Shown here piece by piece: positions 38,401-47,725 of a stretch of 64,000 bases of DNA. The stretch lies in assembly GCA_001643675.2 (NCBI GenBank), contig LSRY02000010.1, forward strand, positions 496,001-560,000, written 5' to 3'. The notes under the pieces were generated by a model. The model saw only the letters and a list, made by a program, of their open reading frames with translations. It ran no database searches and was not told where the DNA came from. Positions within the stretch are counted from its first letter, which is position 1. Each line of letters opens with the position of its first letter. Origin of the DNA: Monocercomonoides exilis PA203. Lineage: Eukaryota; Protista; Preaxostyla. The position numbers and the translations under genes are program-made.

Positions 38401-41400
38401 TGTGATGAAGAGAACATGGCTGAAGAGCGAAATGGATGGTATGCTCAAGGAAATGAGTGGGACAGGCCAGATGAGCGATGCAGAAGCTGTTTCTGTTCTT
38501 CTGAAGAAGCGCCACATGCTGTCATTAAAGGCACACCAGACACAAATGCCCTTCTTGTCGTCTCATGTGATTGATTGCAACACCTCCTTTGCATCTGCTG
38601 CAATCGCCATGAGTTTAATAGATGTGTCGCTGAACGCACAGACCAAACAGAACAGAAAATACATCACGGATGGAGGAGTCACTAAGCAGATTATTATGTC
38701 TGACACACCGGCAATTGTGTTTGTGAAAGAAACCGCAGAATTCAAATATGAAGATGAAGATTCAGAAGCCGAACTTATGAGAGAAAAGGATGAAAGCACA
38801 TCTGGACATCTCTTGATGGAGAAAGAAAAATCTCCAAAGTATCAAGAAAATGATTCACAAGGGAAAAAGAAGCCAGACGGTTATCTTCCTCTGATTATTC
38901 AAGAACTGTTTGTGTCTTCCCTTGCACCAACTGATCCCCACTCCTCATCTCGAAGTACGTCACAGCGCAAATATGTGGAAGATGGACTGTACCAACCGCG
39001 CATTTCCTACGAAGCTGATATTGTTATTACAAATCCAACTTCATCTGCACTCTCGCTGGATGTGCTTATGCAAATTCCTGAAGGGTCAGTTCCATTAAAT
39101 AGCGGTTTCTACACTCGCACTCAGAGCCTTCAAATGCGACCGTTCTCAGCTGAGACGCTGCACTACAGCTTTTACTTCCCAACCACTGGCGTTTTCAAGC
39201 GATATCCCGTTCATCTGTCGAAGGATGGAAAGATTGTGGCATATGGTGCAACTGACGAAAACTCCACTTCGATGACTGTGATTGACCTCGAAGCACAACA
39301 GCGGGCGCTGGAAGAGGCAGCAAAATTGTCAGCTGCCACAGAAGAGCTGGCTGGGCATAGCACAAGAAGATCTTCAGTGAGTTCAGATGAAAGCAGCAGC
39401 GAGAAAGCTTCAAAAGATACATCTTCTACAACAGTAAAAAAGAAGCCAATTGTGGAACTTAAAAATTATATCAATCATTTTAGTTGGGAGTATCTGTCGC
39501 AGCTTGCACCGAACGAAGAACTTCTTCGCTTTATTGCAAACGGAGATATTTGGAGTCCAACAATTTGTTGGAATAGGATTTGCTGGCGTTTTAACTACAC
39601 AGCCAAGAATAAGTTTCCAAACTATGTTTATTGGCCAAGCTGGATGTATCCAGATTCAAACAATGAACCTCATCAGGACTCTCCGCTCCCTTCCGACGGT
39701 CCAACAAAGGTTACAGAAAAAGAAGGAATGAAAATGTTTTATGCGGTTTTAAGCATTCTTGCTTCAAGGATGCATTACGTTGATGAAATCTGGAAATACA
39801 GTTTTCTTTTCAATGGGCCAACATGGGCAATATCAGAATATATTAGACATCATAAGTTGGGCATGAAAAAAGCAATTGGAGATTTTGAATACTGTGATAC
39901 AACTCTTTTCCGGATTAATCCAATGGAAGAAGGAACAATCAGTCTTTATGAATACAGTCCATTGATTAATCCTCGTGTGTACAGAATGGGCAGTCAAAGA
40001 GAGATATTGAATTCGAATTTGAACGAGCAGTGGAAAAAATTCTTGCGCTATGCAGCGCATTATCCGTATTTCATGAGAAAGAAGAGATGGTACGAAGAGA
40101 AAATGGAGCAAGAGAAAGGGGTAATTGTTGATCCTGGATACTTGATGGAAGATGAAGATTTGATTGTGATTGTGTATTATCTCCTTCTGCAGGATCGCCT
40201 TGAAGAGGCAAAGGAGTTGTTTAGTCGGTTGGAGAAGCGAAGAGGAGACGAGTCTGGCTATCAAGTTAGAAGTTCAAGAAACACACCGGCTGCATCTGCC
40301 TTGTCTGGGGGAATGGGTGGCTATGCTTATTCAAAGGATGAACTCCACACAAATCAGCAAGCTACATCTTCTTCTTCAAGTATTTCAGGAGACAGCATCG
40401 TTCAAGCGAGAAAATACAGAAAATATGATCGAGTTATCCAACGTGACGAAGAAATGAACATTCAATACGATTATCTTCGCGCATATCTCGATTTCTGCAT
40501 GCCAACCAATGATGAAGATGCATTTGGAGAGAATGGAACTATTCCATCAACACCGCATCCTCCGACGCCTGCTTATGGTGGAATTCTTCCGACATCCAAA
40601 GCGACTCTTCCTGCTTTGTCTGTGGCTCGGTCGATTGCATCGAAATATCGCGACTACCCGATTTCCAGATGGAGAACGCTTTTCGCTGACCTTGCCTCAC
40701 AAATAGATGAGATTGATGCTTTGTGGGGAGTTGAAAGCGAGACAGCTGCAAAAGATGTCCCTCGTTCATCAGCTTCATCGAGTGAATCATCGCTTGTGAT
40801 GGAAATTGAATCTGAACGTGAATTTAGGAGAATGCATCAACTGGAGATAAAAGTAAAGGCCGATCCAACGTTCCACATTCAAGTCAATCCAAGTGCATTC
40901 ACATTGACTATGCAGCAAACAAATGGAAAGTCACAATTCGTAAAGCTTCGCTTTTACAAGGTTGATATTGAACTTCTGTTTAGTCGTTGCCCGTTCTTGA
41001 AGCATCAAACGCGTGCAAATAGGTTCTCAGTCGTGCGTCCTTCGTATGAAATGATTGTTAAATGGGATGTCCTTCACACTCCAACAGCGTCAATGGCAAC
41101 GTCTGCTGTTTCTGTGGATTCTGGTGCTGCCACATCCTCCGGACTGCCACTTGCCAAGAGTATGACAATTAAGCTACCTGAAGAAATGAGAAATACGAAT
41201 TGCTTTGTTGAAGCTGAATATTGCCATTTGGTTCGAACTGCACCACTTTTGAGCCATGAAATGGAAGTGGATGTGATCGATCACAGCGGAAAGGTGTTTG
41301 TTAGAAGAGCTGATACGCACGCACCTCTTCCGCAGGTGTATGTTAAGGTGTACCGCAAGAAGAATCCTACAGAAGCGGTATCAGATTCGAATCACTGCTA

Positions 41401-41587
41401 TGTGAGGGATGGATACACGGATCTTAGAGGCTGCTTTGATTATGCTTGCATTTTAACCGATACAGATAGAGTTGCTGAGAGTGCGAGCTCTTCAATGTCG
41501 AATCTTCATCAACAAAGATATTCGATATTGATAATGTCTGACTTTTTCGGAGCGGATGTCAGAGAGGCAGATTCTCCGTCAATGTAA
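32447..41587 (+). CDS. 3,046-aa conserved uncharacterised giant protein (helical N-terminus plus several beta-rich, macroglobulin-like segments)
   Basis: Intronless ORF from the first ATG at 32447. Motifs FLESFVLA..R...L..L.P....YYY, DINLDG, GVFV....GG..SRALIRKG, TKEY.E..YY, YEYSPLINPR, YYLLLQDR.EEA, QYDYLRAY and VYVKVY..YVRDGYTDLRG.FDYA match a family I recall from protists and planctomycete/myxobacterial genomes (not verified by search). Confidence 0.8.
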   Translation: MLEVDTNFLESFVLAKTVAERERSLEKLAPNSKGFYYYSILHEQLKSPEKQTEKEELLLKQYSKQYGEYEYKRFNMEYRRNLLSFDSFSIKEKEKFINDLKSDIFGIQTRDSRNTSIEGTAFCPPGTALEKTGQKSTITPQKPQQQQQSLLSKALFGTREKPPPSKLDQSLVSFKKFFKSDIALDTFSTEAMWYYASANMDKYDASYLLKIIPSFTLPSIASVTAKAHKYDLRFGNLNHSFTKDQLLQIRKKDSSFLSENSFVTALIQSMMPTSDENWEYDLTAQRAFYDELWDLAVAIPPASSSQKVTLMGSVLHFDWITHEPSKKRFDEFVSIPLYHGAYIQRESSGILGSMGISGGRICSLNTSLLSMCKLPSYSVDTLLDDYLLFILQEEKSFSQYSKIFRPDFLRRKFIEAKMLCGAKVTQAPAPGKTSNKKGEYAVIQAEDTNFVDALKSKVELTFSTQNRVVFHYQDTVDLEVLVKNVKTVVLRVFEIDTVAYYKRFKKEIGIDINLDGMMTADEETFDFSSVPSCERRTLHLHLRQLDNKRGVFVAVVSGGGNISRALIRKGSLRLVTRCLPDGHAAMVADESNAILDPKRVTVSVDGVNYSGKRRKRSQNRKDKESRYQANGGDASELGKEIEMESSSERDSDDSDEEDDEDEDDEIQNENKPTGKKGEFTDDDDPNLCEGEFVIPFASSSASEISMNKTVIVIDNKTGFACLCPFLQYKEHYKFRCGVFIDREELIRYNEAHILIRPQLMCNSVPVSVSRIQEGSVTVIAKDLDGIPTTRIFEGLTFSDEEETVIPFQIPERLSCLEVTVRGSVKHFTENKHATPQQISHTQSFIINKIDKTCNVISASLYLHPARGYVASFFGKSGEFIPNLSVNCFFQFRAAKTASNSPSLWMQTDEHGELELGSLDDISSVRMSLPTGKGNMRSSLTFPVGAERNYGSSSDAFVAEKSEPSDTYRNISVGEEKNDLETYAYPQGAEFAIPFRATTKDDAKMVFLTLNTRDGKAKEDCTSELSFSKDKVILSKRLRGGDYELFDWKTGRRVFISIVGGNGITVAQRKRKTVRSHPEAASSSSTSSSSSSREIDQKTSEQGVVIGSQRIAQVSVTESLRIVSLKQKDDKIVVKLANTSPYTRLHFYGSRFDPCFDAHQLLKAAPLQKPEITEFRDAATTFVSNLPVGSEQHYIQNRKGYKPRLGNTLNVPSILVNPVVNCTTTQKEEKVIDAGKFDGGQVDSSSTSRRTFATEESRSNQRSNFFSPSSPNEDDKNIDFLVHPSSVLLNQHPPVGEKSEYELPMNFFKAGHTVLTVIAVDEERVITQRMAVRNKLNEEAEKREKEKEKLRAKNKIVGQNDKFALSRDPEFSLTTDMRFLHPFNPKAHYLETRSVSLVFSQKFIEGVFNRIRSLAGSGSNLSESSSSSSSSVVVPSAVSDLFKQYSSQRVIEDMSTSQVEMFDSLKSVFHLMISILASLDKENHASPMARLSNSTTLKQFRLWEESFSNWHQLSSHKRMERYSSFACHETDLFVYMKSPGLFKRYVAPFLRCKKEKTLLDHYLLNTRDLAYFMWFMQPSQFHRLNAFEQILVLDRVIDILDEKCLEIECELKNKHNDPGKSELEKKVAKYKKEADSFVKNFLRMIKQKIANSEQDAAKEKTMFEITLRSGYRPEEKAGKKKKAKTEAGEKGTGGRKRSHRLGIPEKDDSDGSEEFSEDDQLSLESEEDEEHFAGNRGNLSESDSSFSVDSDQQQNIISRPSSAVMFMPTLTSNAQQISMRQMQTLSNQMPMPQMFSNVAPMSNSAYSQMALVSNMAPDSAMYSNMSQMAAPSSPQQMCQMGAPRLPQQMCQMAAPPPPQQMGKMAQSQQTRSFMKSKIGPTRYYGQDGYRRLMRNDQSDSSSDSDMESEEMRRSPFSFRFSKKRRPHIHHTKAPMKSIRPIPKPRKPLLSDQTKEYRECGYYGVSDPLPQLVPWNKFFLEYAEYLLVMKRTWLKSEMDGMLKEMSGTGQMSDAEAVSVLLKKRHMLSLKAHQTQMPFLSSHVIDCNTSFASAAIAMSLIDVSLNAQTKQNRKYITDGGVTKQIIMSDTPAIVFVKETAEFKYEDEDSEAELMREKDESTSGHLLMEKEKSPKYQENDSQGKKKPDGYLPLIIQELFVSSLAPTDPHSSSRSTSQRKYVEDGLYQPRISYEADIVITNPTSSALSLDVLMQIPEGSVPLNSGFYTRTQSLQMRPFSAETLHYSFYFPTTGVFKRYPVHLSKDGKIVAYGATDENSTSMTVIDLEAQQRALEEAAKLSAATEELAGHSTRRSSVSSDESSSEKASKDTSSTTVKKKPIVELKNYINHFSWEYLSQLAPNEELLRFIANGDIWSPTICWNRICWRFNYTAKNKFPNYVYWPSWMYPDSNNEPHQDSPLPSDGPTKVTEKEGMKMFYAVLSILASRMHYVDEIWKYSFLFNGPTWAISEYIRHHKLGMKKAIGDFEYCDTTLFRINPMEEGTISLYEYSPLINPRVYRMGSQREILNSNLNEQWKKFLRYAAHYPYFMRKKRWYEEKMEQEKGVIVDPGYLMEDEDLIVIVYYLLLQDRLEEAKELFSRLEKRRGDESGYQVRSSRNTPAASALSGGMGGYAYSKDELHTNQQATSSSSSISGDSIVQARKYRKYDRVIQRDEEMNIQYDYLRAYLDFCMPTNDEDAFGENGTIPSTPHPPTPAYGGILPTSKATLPALSVARSIASKYRDYPISRWRTLFADLASQIDEIDALWGVESETAAKDVPRSSASSSESSLVMEIESEREFRRMHQLEIKVKADPTFHIQVNPSAFTLTMQQTNGKSQFVKLRFYKVDIELLFSRCPFLKHQTRANRFSVVRPSYEMIVKWDVLHTPTASMATSAVSVDSGAATSSGLPLAKSMTIKLPEEMRNTNCFVEAEYCHLVRTAPLLSHEMEVDVIDHSGKVFVRRADTHAPLPQVYVKVYRKKNPTEAVSDSNHCYVRDGYTDLRGCFDYACILTDTDRVAESASSSMSNLHQQRYSILIMSDFFGADVREADSPSM
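37921..38028 (+). repeat. Three 36-bp coding tandem repeats (QMxAPxxPQQMC)
   Basis: Units begin ccaaatgg at 37921, 37957 and 37993. Confidence 0.85.
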
Positions 41588-42909
41588 TTGGAGTGAAAAC
41601 TTCAAAAAGTACAGAGAGCATTTTTTATTTTCATGTTATTTTTTCGAATTGGATAATGTAAAGAATTATTGTTTTTATTTTTTTATTTAAAAAGTGGATT
41701 GATTCCTTTGTTTGCACAGACTTCTTTTAATTTTATTTTTGATGCTTAATTTTTCAATTTCAGAACAGACATAGCCTTTCAAATTAAATTATAAATACTT
41801 GCACATTTTTTGTAGAATTAAAACCATTAGAAATTAACTTTTGTGCAAAATGTTTAAATTTTTTATTCAATTAAAGTGAGAAGAAAACCTCAAACGTCTT
41901 TAATGATTTATTAATTTGAGAAAAATCCGTATTTATTCGTACGAAATCATAAATTTTGAAAAAAATGAAATGATCAAATAGTTCTTTCAACAAATTGCGC
42001 AAGGTTAATCACAACGTTAAGTTTCATTCAGAAACTCGTTTTTTTCGGATTTTTTGTGATAGAATGATTTAATATAATATTACAAAACATGCTAGGTGTG
42101 AATTTTTCATTTTTGAAAAACTTTTTTTCCAAGAAAAAAAATAAAATTTCGAAAATATAATGGTTTTGATCAAACTAATTTCAAATAATAATAATAAAAA
42201 TCAACTTTTTTTAAAAATTGTTTAAAATTTTTAATGGAATTTGGAACTTTCTTTTTTTATTTTCATAAAGAATGAAAGAAAAGGTTGCAATTTATTTTAA
42301 TATTTATTTTTTTGACCTTTCATCTTGCGCAATCATTGAAACACACGTTTTTTTGTGTGAAAAATTGATTTTTCTATTTAAACCCTAACCCTATTCATAA
42401 AAAATTAAAACAAATATTAAACGCAAACCCAAAACCTAATATTTCGATTCGAAGGAAAACCCTAAAGCAGAATGAAACCCGAGAAGTTCGTTTTTTCAAA
42501 GTTTTTTTCCTTAAAAACTTTCAAAACAATCAAATAAGAACTACTAACATCTTTAATTCACTTCATTTGAATCGAAAGATATTTTCTAACAAATTTATTT
42601 TATACCAACAATGTTATTTCCAAAAATCGTTCAATTTTCAAACAAATATTTTTGTAATTTGTTTGATCATAACCACAATATTTTCGAAAATTTTATTTCT
42701 TTCATTGAAAAAAAAGTATTCTAAAAATGGAAAATTCACCCCAGCATGTTTTATTTTTTGATATTAAATCATTCTATCACAAAAAATCGAAAAAAAAAAC
42801 TGGTTTCTGAATGTTACTTAAAGTTGTGACTCGCCTCAAATTTGCACAAAATCATTGAACCTGCGTGTGTTAAATTTATTCATTTATCCAGAAAAAAATG
42901 ATGAAATGA

Positions 42910-45320
42910 AAAAGGAAGAAGAAGAAAAAGAGGGAGAGGAGGATGAGAAAGATTATAAGGAAGAATAAAATTAAAGGAAAAAGGAAAAGAGATAAGGATG
43001 ATGAAGAATAGAAAGAAACAATCAAAAAACAACAAGAAGAGAAAGGATTTGAAACTTCTCCTCCTCCTCTTTCTCATTCTCCTCTCTCCTCCATCACATC
43101 CATCTCATTTCAGAACATCATTTTGTTCTGCCCCAATTTCTGGTCTTTGGCGCAGACACAGCAACAAAATGTGCTCCTTCTGATTAAAAATTTCCTCCAA
43201 AACATCCATTTGCTTCATCAACAACAGAAGAAACAGCAACAATTCCAGCAGCTTTTTAAACATTGTCCTGAAGTTTTCTCTTCAAACAATGTTTCTTTTG
43301 GAATGTGCTTGTTATCACATCCTTCTGTGATTTCTTCCATGCAAACACTTTCTCCATCAATATCATCTGTGTCGCATTCGCAATATGCACAACATATCGT
43401 GAACCAATCTTCTTTCATTTCATTGACAACTCATTTAAAGACTTTGCCATCAAGCAAAGCAAACTCACAAATGACAGAATAAAATTCTAAAATTTCTGAT
43501 TCTCAGCTGCATCAGCAGTAAAATAACAGACAGCAGCAACGACAACTAATTGCAAATACTTACGCAACACTTCAAAACAATCATTCTCCTTTTGAGATGA
43601 CTTCACTTCAAAACAACAGTATATCTCCATCACCTGATTCATCTGCTTCTGCCTCTTCGCCTTTGTCAGTTTCATCGCCCGTCACTACTTTTTTAAATGT
43701 TGTAACGTCTTTCACTCCACACGATGCACCCATCTCTTTACCATCGCCTTCGAATTCACCATCAGTTGCACCAGCAAACGTCGATTCGACGCATCTTTGG
43801 ATGCTGGACACGATTGCCATTGGGAGGAAAGTGGTGTCGAAGCAGCTGCGGGACATGTGGCAGTGGGCGATCCAGAATGTGCTTGAAGGCGTGAGGAGGA
43901 AGCGGGAGAGCTGGAAATGGCAGCACATCAACAAGCAGCGAAGGAGCGACAGGTTGCGATATATGAAGGAGAGGGTGCGGTATCTGCGGGCGATGGAGCA
44001 GGAGACGCTGGACGAGGACATGAGAGACAGAATGAAGGAGTCCTTTGCAGAGATCTGGGGAATCGTGATGAACGAGCACTTCAGACGGAACAAGAGGAAT
44101 TAGGAGAATGAGAGGAAGAATTGGTCGGAGGGAAAGGCAGGAGATGACACATTGTTAACAAGATTGATAGAAGAAGACGACAACAAGAAGAAAAAAGGCA
44201 AAACAGAAGCGAAAGAGGCACAAGCAGATGACTCGAAGGACGAATTAGACACAAAAAACGACCGACTGTGGCAGCTTGCAGCAGGGCGAGTGAATGAAGG
44301 AGTGCGGATGGTAGAGAGAGGAAGGGAGATTCAGATGCAGCGAGAGAAAGAGCAGGAGAAGCAGAGAGAAGCAGCAATGGCAGCGAAGCAGAAGCAGCTG
44401 GAGATTGAAGAGCGATGGTTGCAGAGAAGAATGGAGCTGGAAAGGGAAGGGAAAGAAAACAAGGCGATTGAGAAGATTCTGAGGGACGAGCAGAAGAAAA
44501 TGGCAGATCAAGAAAAGCAGAAGCGGAAGGAGGAGGAGAAGATGCTTGCGGAGAAGCGAAAACAGGAAGAGGCTGAACAGAGCCGAATCCAATCTGAACA
44601 GAAAGAGGAAGAAGCACAAAGATTGCAGGATGAGAAGAAGTTTGCAGAGATTCGCGACAAGCTGAAGAAAGAGGCAGCAGCGAAGGAGGAGAAGAGGCGG
44701 CAGCGGCTGCTGAATGAGAAGCAGCTGGAGGCGCTGGGGTTGACAGTGGCTTCATTGAAGACGATGGCAGAGATTGAGGTGGCATACGAGTTTGCAGATG
44801 TGCAGTACTTTCGGGTGCTGGCGGATGCGCAGAAGAGAGCTGAGGACGAAATGCAGAGAGAGAGAAAGAGAGAAAAGGAAAGAGAGAAAGAGAGAGAAAG
44901 AGAATTAGCATTTAAAGAAGAGGAAGAAAAAGAAAGCGCAGAAAGCGCAAATGATTCATCTTTTAAGAATGAATCTTCTGACACTCCGTCTGTGCTTCTA
45001 TCTCCTTCTGCTTCTCAGTCAACACTTAATCGAGTTGAACTTCTTTCTTCAACACACGATGTTCCAATTAAGGATTCCATAATTCGCAACACCAACAAAC
45101 AGCAAAATCACCAAATAATCAGCCAATGAGATCAATTTCCACATATCCAGCATCTGCACCTCATTACTCAACATCAATTACTCCTTCGTATCCTTCTCCT
45201 CAATCTCTTGTGTTCATTTCACCATCTTCTCAGGCTTCGCTTTTATCAAATTCTGCTATTTCAACACAAAACAATCAATTTTTCCTCACTCATTCCATCT
45301 TCTTCTTATTCCTTATCTAA
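42910..45320 (+). pseudogene. Interrupted Ser-rich/coiled-coil protein gene
   Basis: ORFs 43123-43482, 43597-44103 and 44152-45129 share one frame, broken by TAG 43009, TAA 43480, TAA 43519 and TAG 44101. A probable frameshift near 45080 leads into ORF 45126-45320. Confidence 0.6.
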
Positions 45321-45566
45321 AAAAATGCTTTTTTAATCAAATTTTGCTTTTACTCATCAACTTTCATTTGTATTTGAAATGAGGGCAAGACCTGAAGATA
45401 TGGGAACGTCTGGAATAAGTTGATTTCTGTTTTATTTGATTGATAATTAATTATAATGTAATTATTATCTCCAAAAAACATGCGGAAAGTGGTCAAAAAT
45501 ATAATTTTTATTTTTTGAAAAAATGTCTTTTTCAAGTATTTATGGGTTTGATCAAAAGATCATCAA

Positions 45567-46886
45567 ATGTCTTTGCCACAAAGAATGTTCACAAAAACAC
45601 CTATTTGTGAACTCAACGATAAATTTTCTGATGAAATGAGTGCTTGGAAATGGTATTTCGAAAATGTGCTGGAAGGAGAAGCTCCTGAATGCAGACATGA
45701 TAAATGCAAAATGATATTCACATCCGGAGGCAAATATTACAAATATTGGAGATGCGGAAAATGTGGCAAAAAACAGTCAGTTTTTAAAAACACATCTTTG
45801 GAAAATTCAAAAATACCGCTGAGAAAGTTTTTGATGATTGTTTTATATTATTTCATTGGTATATCAGCCGCACACATTGGTGAACTGCTTGAATAAGAAA
45901 AATCACAATTCATAATTGGACGAATGTTATTCGAGTCAGATGCACATCAATATGGGTGATTCTTTTTGAAAAGTCGCCAACGTTTTATTTTCAAATAGAA
46001 AATTATTTTCAAATTTTGCCCAAATATCTGCTTTCACTCACGAATCTTCTTTAGAATGTGTGAAATTGCATGATCCAGAAATAGATTGCATATAAGAGAA
46101 GTTTGTTGAATGTTAACAAAAATTTGAGCGAAATTTGAAAATTTTGATTTGTTTGTAAATTAAACATTTGCGACATTTCAAAAAGAATTACCCATATGGA
46201 ACGAAAATCAAGCCATCATAGGATGGCCTGGAAGAATTGTGGAGATTAATGAAGTTGTTTGGATGTGCAGAAAGAATGGGCAAAGTATAAAGAACAGTCA
46301 AATTTGTATATTTGGAGACGTGGAAAGGAAACCAGAGGGGGGCTCAGGAAAGAACTTTGTGATGATTGTACCAAATAGGAAGGCTGAGACATTGGTTCCA
46401 ATAATCCGAGACAAAATTCTTCCTGGAACTCGGATTATGAGCGATGAATGGAAGGCTTATGCTAGATTGAAGGATTATGGTTACGCTAATGATACTGTCT
46501 GTCACAAGCGAGAATTCAAAAACAAAATTACACATGAATGAACAAACACTGTCGAAGGTCTGTGGATGAATTTACGAAAATTTTTTAAAAGAACTGGATA
46601 CAGAGAAAAGTATCTTGGGGACTATTTATCTATGTGGCTGGTCAGAAGAAATTTGCAAATTCAATTTGAGGAATTAATAAAGGAAATCGTCTTCGATTTA
46701 ACGGAAAAAGAAAACGAATTGGAAGAATCTGAAAGCGAAGAAAGTGACTCGACAGAATCAGAGCTAGAATCTGATGTATTAGATGAAAATGACATTCTTC
46801 AAATGACAGAATATGAAGAATCAGATTCACTTGGAGCTGGGGACTGTGCAAGTGCATCAGAATTTGACCCCATGGAAGTTGATTAA
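45567..46886 (+). pseudogene. Merlin/ISXO2-like DDE transposase pseudogene
   Basis: Zn-ribbon (CRHD...CGKC), a 1-nt frameshift near 45894, a MITE insertion, VEINE (first catalytic D replaced by N), MSDEWKAY, TVCH, TGA 46539-46541 just before TNTVEGLW, and an acidic tail. Confidence 0.9.
45954..46193. mobile_element. 240-bp non-autonomous TIR element (MITE) nested in the Merlin transposase
   Basis: 72-bp ungapped TIRs (gggtgattctttttgaaaagtcgcc.. versus gggtaattctttttgaaatgtcgca.., 14 mismatches). ATAT is duplicated at 45950-45953 and 46194-46197. Removing the element restores ..TSIWNENQ.. in frame. Confidence 0.9.
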
Positions 46887-47568
46887 TTTTTTTTTTGATA
46901 TTCTTTTTTTTAAAAATTCATTCACCCATTTTTTCCTCAATTTTTCATTTTTTGTTTTTGACTTTTTTGTCAACTTCCGCACATCTCTGATACATGAAAA
47001 CATGATATATATTATTAACATTCCTCATATATTATTTTCACAGAAAATTGGCCATTCCCATATAATGCGGTCTTGCCGAAATGAGCTTTTTCAATTATGT
47101 TAAAGGAAACTGGATGCAGTCCATTGACAGCGATGAATAAAGATCACTAAAAGATTTACAAATAATGGAACAGACAGATGAAAACAAATTCAAACATCAC
47201 AGCTTCAAAATTAACAATTTCATATTTTTTCGAATGTCTGAACATGAACTGAACACTTTCTTGGATCAGTTAAATATATTTATGTTTCAATTTTTTTATT
47301 TGTTTTTGGTATGATTGAAACATTTTCGTGTTTTCATTTCATCTTCCAATGTTAAAAATATTCGTTTTGCTTTCAATAATTCTTGTTTTAGCTTTCTCCT
47401 TTCGTAATTGAAGTTTTATAAAAAAGAATATTCTGAACAAGATAAATTCAATTATTCCTTCATGTGAAAATATATTTTTATCTAATTTTCAAGAAAGAAA
47501 GAAACTCAGAAACAAGCAAAAAAATATTAGAAATATTAAATTCTTTATGAATTTTTTATTTTTTTTCG

Positions 47569-47620
<52 letters not shown>
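47569..47620 (+). repeat. A52 homopolymer
   Basis: 52 consecutive A. Confidence 0.9.
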
Positions 47621-47621
<1 letters not shown>

Positions 47622-47725
47622 ACTTTCAAATAACATTCAATTGACAGTTTTAACGCCATTTTGTCAAATGATACAAAAAGAAAAATTGAAAATCTCGTAT
47701 CCAAAACCTAATATATTTCGTTTCT

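Larger units (their letters stand above)
45384..47077 (+). mobile_element. Merlin-superfamily (IS1595/ISXO2-like) DNA transposon with intact termini
   Basis: 23-bp TIRs starting GG: 45384-45406 ggcaagacctgaagatatgggaa versus the reverse complement of 47055-47077, ggcaagaccgcattatatgggaa. Perfect 8-bp TSD gaaatgag at 45376-45383 and 47078-47085. Confidence 0.95.

Noticed and set aside
32447-41587. Bona fide thioester alpha-2-macroglobulin
   Set aside because: No CGEQ/CxEQ motif or signal peptide was seen. Only a fold-level resemblance is hypothesised.
41984-42342. Inverted repeat tttcaa..attgcgcaag / cttgcgcaat..ttgaaa as a possible MITE
   Set aside because: The core ttgcgcaa is self-palindromic, the match is short and gapped, and I found no TSD.
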